Positions 59,228-64,000 of a DNA stretch of 64,000 nt are shown here, one piece after another. Below the pieces are notes generated by a model, which worked only from the letters and a program-made list of their open reading frames with translations, ran no database searches and was not told the origin of the DNA. The stretch is from Actinopolymorphaceae bacterium (GTDB taxonomy: Bacteria; Actinomycetota; Actinomycetes; Propionibacteriales; DAIQRJ01): positions 75,932-139,931 of the forward strand of contig DAIQRJ010000003.1 of assembly GCA_036786375.1 (NCBI GenBank), written 5' to 3'. The position numbers were made by a program, and so were the translations under genes. Within the stretch, counting starts at the first letter, position 1; each line of letters starts with the position of its first letter.

Positions 59228-61510
59228 TCACACGCAGGAGTACAGGCGTGCGTTGTCGACCCACCAGATGTCGAGCCCGTCGGCGCTCTTGACGTTGAAG
59301 CGGAGCTTGATCGACTTGCCCTTCAGCGACGTCACGTTGTAACGGCTCGCTCCGAAGCCCTGGCTCAGACCGCTGAATCCGCCACGACCCTTGAGCAGGG
59401 TCGGCTTGCCGTTCTGGCCGTTGTTGTCGGGCAGCTTGTCGGTGGCGCTGAGCCACTTCTTGCCGCCGTCGGTCGAGTAGAGCAACTCGCCGCCTGTCTC
59501 ACCGAGCGCGTTGAACACGAACTGGTGGTCGAACCGGATGTACACCGAACCCCTGGTCGACTTGGGGATCGACCAGGTGTTGTTCTGAGTCAGCCTCCCG
59601 CTCGACTCGCCCTCGACCAGCGGGTAGTACATGTACGAACCCTGGCCGACGACGGATCCGGCCCAGCCTGTCTGTCGCATGAGCGTGCTCTGCGACTGGA
59701 ACCAGCTGCGGTTGTTGCCGTTCGGGTTGCTGGTGGAGCCACCCGGACTGGCGACCCACTTGCTGGTCTTCTCGAAGCCCTCCTGGTGCAGGGTCTTGCG
59801 TGTCGGCAGGCTCTTCGGGCAGTAGTCGACGTTGGCCGCAGCACCCTGGTGCGGGTTGGCGTACATGCGCGTGGCCGTCGCGGCCTTGGTGACCTGGGAG
59901 CAGTCGGCCGCAGTGATGTAGGTGCCCGGCTTGCCGACCAGGTTCTTGCACGCCGCGGGGAGCGTCGTGAAGAGGTCCTTGTAGTCGGCACCACCGAGCA
60001 GCATGTTCTCGGTGCTCCAGTAGATCTTCCAGGACTTCGCGATGCCGATGCCCTTCACCGTGACGCCGTTGAAGGTGCCGCCGTGAGCGATCAGGTAGGC
60101 CGCCTTGTTGCCCACGCCGGAGTTGGTGTGGACGCCGCCGTTGTCGAAGAAGCCTTCGTCGGCGGTGTAGTCCGGCGACGACATCTTGTCGGGCTGGCCG
60201 TAGGCCGTCGGGTTCTTCAGGCTGCGGATGACGCCGAGGGACGAGCCCTCACCGATGAGCCACGAGTTGGCGGCGGTGTCGTCCTTGCTGCCGTTCGTCA
60301 GGTCGGTGAACTCGCCGAAGACGTCGGACATGGACTCGTTGATCGCGCCGGACTGCCACAGGTACAGCAGGCCGGACGTCTTCTGGGTGACCCCGTGGGT
60401 CAGCTCGTGCGCGGTGATGTCGTCCTCGACGACGCCCTCGCCGAACGCCATCTGCTGGCCGTCCCAGAACGCGTTGCGGAACGGGCAGTCGACCGTGCCG
60501 CCGTCGATGTCGAGCGAGCACACGCGGACGGTGCCGCGCAGCGCCTTGCCCTTGCCGTCGTGGTAGTCGGTGCCGATGAACGCCGTGAGGTCGAGGTTGC
60601 TGTAGCGCGCGTACGCCAGGGCGGTGTCGTGGAAGTAGTCGTAGACCTTGTTGACGTCGGTGACGGTGGACGCCTTCTGGCCCTCGGTGCGGGCGAACGC
60701 CGCCGTCTTGCCGTTGCACTTGTAAGCAGCCGTGTTGTTCGTGTCGACCGGCTTGCGCTTGAGGTCGCAGACCGCTCGGTTGAGCGCTTCCTCATGTGTC
60801 GACCAGGCCAGCTGGACAGCACGGGTCTTGAGGTTGACGAGCACCTGGTAGCTCACATCGGGGCCGCTCACCACGTAGGACGCGACCGGGTAGAGAGCGT
60901 GCTCGGCGCCGGGCCGGCCGACGACTGCGGGGTCGTACCAGTCGCGGGTGGCTGCACTGACCTTCAGGCCGGGGATCGCGCGCTTGTGCTCGCGCAGCGC
61001 GACCGTCTTCTTCGCGAGCGCGCGGTTCGCGTCCGCCGCGCGCGGGGTGAGGACGGGGAAGGAGGCAGCGGCGAGGGGGGTGGTGCGCGAGTTGATCGAC
61101 TGCATCGCGCCGGTGGTCGTCTGCGAGACCGCGACCCCGCCACCGAGCACCGGCACGCCGGCGATCTTCTGTGCGAACCGCACGGTGTTACCGGCTGCGG
61201 TCGGGGCGGTCCTGTCGTAGGTGATGGTGTCGGCGTCGATACCGAGCTTGCCGGCGTACGCGTCGACGTGCGCCTTCGCCACGCCTTCGACGGTGGACGC
61301 GCGGCCGACGGGCTTGATGCCGGCTTCCGAGGACGCCTGGATGAGGCTGACGCGGCCGTCCGAACCGGCGGTTGCCGTGATCGAGTTGGCACCGCCGACG
61401 GGTGCGACCGTCTTCGAGGTGACCGGGCCGGCACCGAGCATCAACATGCCCGACACCGCGACCGCGAGCGCTGCTGCGGCGGCGAGCGGTGCCTTCCTGC
61501 TACTTCTCAC
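59228..61510 (-). CDS. secreted M4 (thermolysin-like) zinc metalloprotease with extra C-terminal beta-rich domain
   Basis: 760 aa from GTG 61510 with an AAGGAGG RBS. It has a signal peptide (RKAPLAAAAALAVAVSGMLMLGAG) and a propeptide. The catalytic motifs are HELTHGVT and GAINESMSDVFGEF. A ~200-aa C-terminal domain has no motif I can name. Confidence 0.85.
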   Translation of the reverse strand: MRSSRKAPLAAAAALAVAVSGMLMLGAGPVTSKTVAPVGGANSITATAGSDGRVSLIQASSEAGIKPVGRASTVEGVAKAHVDAYAGKLGIDADTITYDRTAPTAAGNTVRFAQKIAGVPVLGGGVAVSQTTTGAMQSINSRTTPLAAASFPVLTPRAADANRALAKKTVALREHKRAIPGLKVSAATRDWYDPAVVGRPGAEHALYPVASYVVSGPDVSYQVLVNLKTRAVQLAWSTHEEALNRAVCDLKRKPVDTNNTAAYKCNGKTAAFARTEGQKASTVTDVNKVYDYFHDTALAYARYSNLDLTAFIGTDYHDGKGKALRGTVRVCSLDIDGGTVDCPFRNAFWDGQQMAFGEGVVEDDITAHELTHGVTQKTSGLLYLWQSGAINESMSDVFGEFTDLTNGSKDDTAANSWLIGEGSSLGVIRSLKNPTAYGQPDKMSSPDYTADEGFFDNGGVHTNSGVGNKAAYLIAHGGTFNGVTVKGIGIAKSWKIYWSTENMLLGGADYKDLFTTLPAACKNLVGKPGTYITAADCSQVTKAATATRMYANPHQGAAANVDYCPKSLPTRKTLHQEGFEKTSKWVASPGGSTSNPNGNNRSWFQSQSTLMRQTGWAGSVVGQGSYMYYPLVEGESSGRLTQNNTWSIPKSTRGSVYIRFDHQFVFNALGETGGELLYSTDGGKKWLSATDKLPDNNGQNGKPTLLKGRGGFSGLSQGFGASRYNVTSLKGKSIKLRFNVKSADGLDIWWVDNARLYSCV

Positions 61511-61752
61511 GAGTCCTCCTTTACCGGGTTCGCCGCCCGGTATGGGCAGAGCTCGTCCCCGTGTTGTTCCTCGGTCGAGTCGGAGCCTAAGGGCCAGCCC
61601 CGACACCCGTCAGTCGTCACCGGTGGTTATGAGACGTTCACCCGATTCGATGGAGCCGGTGCCAGCAGGTCACATCGCCCGCCCGGCACAGGGCGTGGCT
61701 ACGATCGCCGACGGAGCCGCGCCCATCGGCCCGCCGGGAGGTGTGACCAGCC

Positions 61753-63984
61753 GTGCCTGACAGAGCCCTCGGCGTGACCGTCGCCGTCGTCACCATCGTG
61801 GTCACGCTCCTTGCGCTGGCCCTGGTCGCCCGGGCCGCGCGTCGCATGGTCGGCGTCCTCGGTGTCGGTCAGCCGCTCGTCGGACGACGCGACCTCCCGC
61901 GGCAGCGCTGGCTCGGCATGCTCCGCGAGACGCTCGGCCATACCCGGCTCCTCCGCAAGAAGATCGTCGGCGCGGCGCACTTCAGCGTCTTCGTCGGGTT
62001 CGGCTTCCTGTTCTTCACCCTCGTCACTGCGTACGGGCAGGTCATCTCCGGGCATCCGGGCTTCGCGCTGCCGATGATCGGGCACTGGGCGGTGTTCGAG
62101 TTCCTCACCGAGCTGATCGCCTGGGCAACCCTCGTCGGCATCGGCATCCTGACCGGTTTCCGGCTGTCCGGCCGACCGAGCCGGCCGACCCGGTCGGCAC
62201 GGCGTGGACGGCGTGGACGGTCGAGCCGGTTCTACGGGTCCCGGATGTGGCAGGGCTACTACGTCGAGGCCACCGTCCTTGCCGTCGCGCTGTGCATCCT
62301 GGCGCTGCGTGCGCTCGAGTACGCGCTGTCGTCGGCGCAGGGCAGCATGCCCGGGCCCGGGCATTTCGCGCTGACCGGCTGGCTGGGCGCGCTCGTCGAC
62401 GGCACCGCGACGACCACTCTCGCCAACGCGATCCTCGTCGTGGCCGGGATCAAGATCCTCGTCTCGATAGCCTGGTTCGCGGTCATCGCCGGCAACCTCA
62501 CGATGGGCGTCGCCTGGCACCGGTTCACCGCGTTCCCCAACATCTGGTTCCGCCGGTTCGCCGACGGCCGTGCCGCCCTCGGAGCGCTTCCGCCGGTCTA
62601 CTCCGCGGGCGCCGAGGTCGACTTCACCGATCCGGGCGACGACGACCTGTTCGGCATCGGGAAGCTCGAGGACTTCAGCTGGAAGGGACTGCTCGACTTC
62701 ACCACCTGCACCGAGTGCGGCCGCTGCCAGGACGTCTGCCCGGCGTGGGCGACCGGCAAGCCGCTGTCGCCGAAGCTCCTCGTCCTCGGGCTGCGCGAAC
62801 ACGCCTACGCGAAGGCCCCGTCGCTCCTGACGACGGACCCGGAGGGCCGGGCGACGCTGTCGGCCGAGCTGATGGCGGAGGCCGACCGGCCGCTCGTCGG
62901 CGGGGCGGACGTGAACGGCGTGATCGACCCGGACGTCCTCTGGTCGTGCACGAACTGCGGCGCCTGCGTCCAGGAGTGCCCGGTCGACATCGAGCACGTC
63001 GACCACATCGACAACATGCGCCGGCATCAGGTGCTCGTCGAGGCCGACTTCCCGGACGAGTTCAACGGGCTGTTCCGCGGCTTGGAGAACAACGGCAATC
63101 CGTGGAACCTGCCCGCCTCCGGACGGCTGGACTGGGCCCGTGGGCTGTCGTTCGACGTACCGGTCGTCGGTGGTCCGGCCGCCCCCGACGTCGCCGACCT
63201 CGGGGCCGTCGAGTACCTGTTCTGGGTCGGCTGCGCGGGCGCGTTCGACGACCGGGCGAAGAAGACGACGCGTGCGGTGGCGGAACTGCTGCACACGGCC
63301 GGTGTCGGCTTCGCGGTGCTCGGCCAGGCCGAGAGCTGCTCGGGCGATCCGGCCCGGCGGGCGGGCAACGAGTTCGTCTACCGGATGCTCGCCGAGGCCA
63401 ACGTCGAGGTGTTGCGTGAAGCCGGGGCGACCAAGGTCATCGCCTCGTGCGCGCACTGCTTCAACACGCTGAAAAACGAATACGCCCAGCTCGGACTCGA
63501 GCTCGAGGTGCTCCACCACACTCAGGTGCTGAACCGGCTGGTGCGCGACGGAGCCCTGCGCCCCGTTGCCGCGCCGGCCGACACAGCACGCAGCGACGGC
63601 GGGCCGCGGACGATCACCTACCACGACCCGTGCTTCCTCGGCCGGCACAACCAGGTCTACAGCCCACCGCGTGACCTACTTGCCGCACTGCCCGGCCTGC
63701 AGCTCGCAGAGATGCCGCGGCACGGCGAGAAGTCGTTCTGCTGCGGCGCGGGTGGGGCGCAGATGTGGAAGGAGGAGTCGCTCGGGACCCGGGTGAACGC
63801 CGAGCGGACCCGTGAAGCGCTCGCCACCGGCGCCACGACGATCGCGACCGGCTGCCCGTTCTGCAAGACGATGCTCGGCGACGGCGTCGCGGCTGCGGGT
63901 GCGGACGCGGCCGGCGTGGACGTGGCGGACGTCGCCCAGCTGCTCTGGGATCGTGTGCAACCGGCCGACGCGGCGGGCGGATGA
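61753..63984 (+). CDS. membrane-anchored HdrD/GlpC-like iron-sulfur oxidoreductase (Rv0338c-like)
   Basis: 743 aa with GTG start. An N-terminal multi-TM region is followed by two ferredoxin-type CxxCxxCxxxCP motifs (CTECGRCQDVCP and CTNCGACVQECP). Two CCG-type cysteine-rich regions follow (WVGCAGAF...SCSGD and HDPCF...FCCGAGG). Confidence 0.8.
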   Translation: MPDRALGVTVAVVTIVVTLLALALVARAARRMVGVLGVGQPLVGRRDLPRQRWLGMLRETLGHTRLLRKKIVGAAHFSVFVGFGFLFFTLVTAYGQVISGHPGFALPMIGHWAVFEFLTELIAWATLVGIGILTGFRLSGRPSRPTRSARRGRRGRSSRFYGSRMWQGYYVEATVLAVALCILALRALEYALSSAQGSMPGPGHFALTGWLGALVDGTATTTLANAILVVAGIKILVSIAWFAVIAGNLTMGVAWHRFTAFPNIWFRRFADGRAALGALPPVYSAGAEVDFTDPGDDDLFGIGKLEDFSWKGLLDFTTCTECGRCQDVCPAWATGKPLSPKLLVLGLREHAYAKAPSLLTTDPEGRATLSAELMAEADRPLVGGADVNGVIDPDVLWSCTNCGACVQECPVDIEHVDHIDNMRRHQVLVEADFPDEFNGLFRGLENNGNPWNLPASGRLDWARGLSFDVPVVGGPAAPDVADLGAVEYLFWVGCAGAFDDRAKKTTRAVAELLHTAGVGFAVLGQAESCSGDPARRAGNEFVYRMLAEANVEVLREAGATKVIASCAHCFNTLKNEYAQLGLELEVLHHTQVLNRLVRDGALRPVAAPADTARSDGGPRTITYHDPCFLGRHNQVYSPPRDLLAALPGLQLAEMPRHGEKSFCCGAGGAQMWKEESLGTRVNAERTREALATGATTIATGCPFCKTMLGDGVAAAGADAAGVDVADVAQLLWDRVQPADAAGG

Positions 63985-64000
63985 CACCGCCGAACGGCAA

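Overview
64-kb high-GC (roughly 70%) chromosomal segment from an actinobacterium (Actinomycetota). It holds about 50 protein-coding genes, mostly on the minus strand, tightly packed, with many 4-nt start/stop overlaps. Gene order matches two conserved actinobacterial neighbourhoods. The first is clpC1-lsr2-lysS-(nadCB)-panDC-folKBP-folE-ftsH-hpt-tilS-dacB-ppa (about 4-28 kb). The second is clpB / hspR-dnaJ-grpE-dnaK with an HspR operator (HAIR) upstream of dnaK (51.6-58.9 kb), followed by a secreted M4 metalloprotease and an Rv0338c-like membrane Fe-S oxidoreductase. Between these blocks the content is less conserved: an acyltransferase fusion protein, a RipA-like NlpC/P60 hydrolase behind a long leader, an M16 peptidase pair, an IS982-like transposase remnant with small detox-type genes, and a TetR/MFS pair. 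There is also a 5.5-kb patch (44.7-50.2 kb) where two intact glycosidases (GH116-like, GH29-like) are surrounded by at least five gene fragments. I recognised no rRNA, tRNA or CRISPR array. I did not find a convincing novel multi-gene system. The most unusual items are the acyltransferase fusion (28059-29798), the candidate riboswitch-like leader of the NlpC/P60 gene, the twin SOS-box-like operators at dinB, the decayed PH-domain locus and the gene-fragment patch. All family calls come from reading the translated ORFs and recognising motifs from memory, not from database searches.
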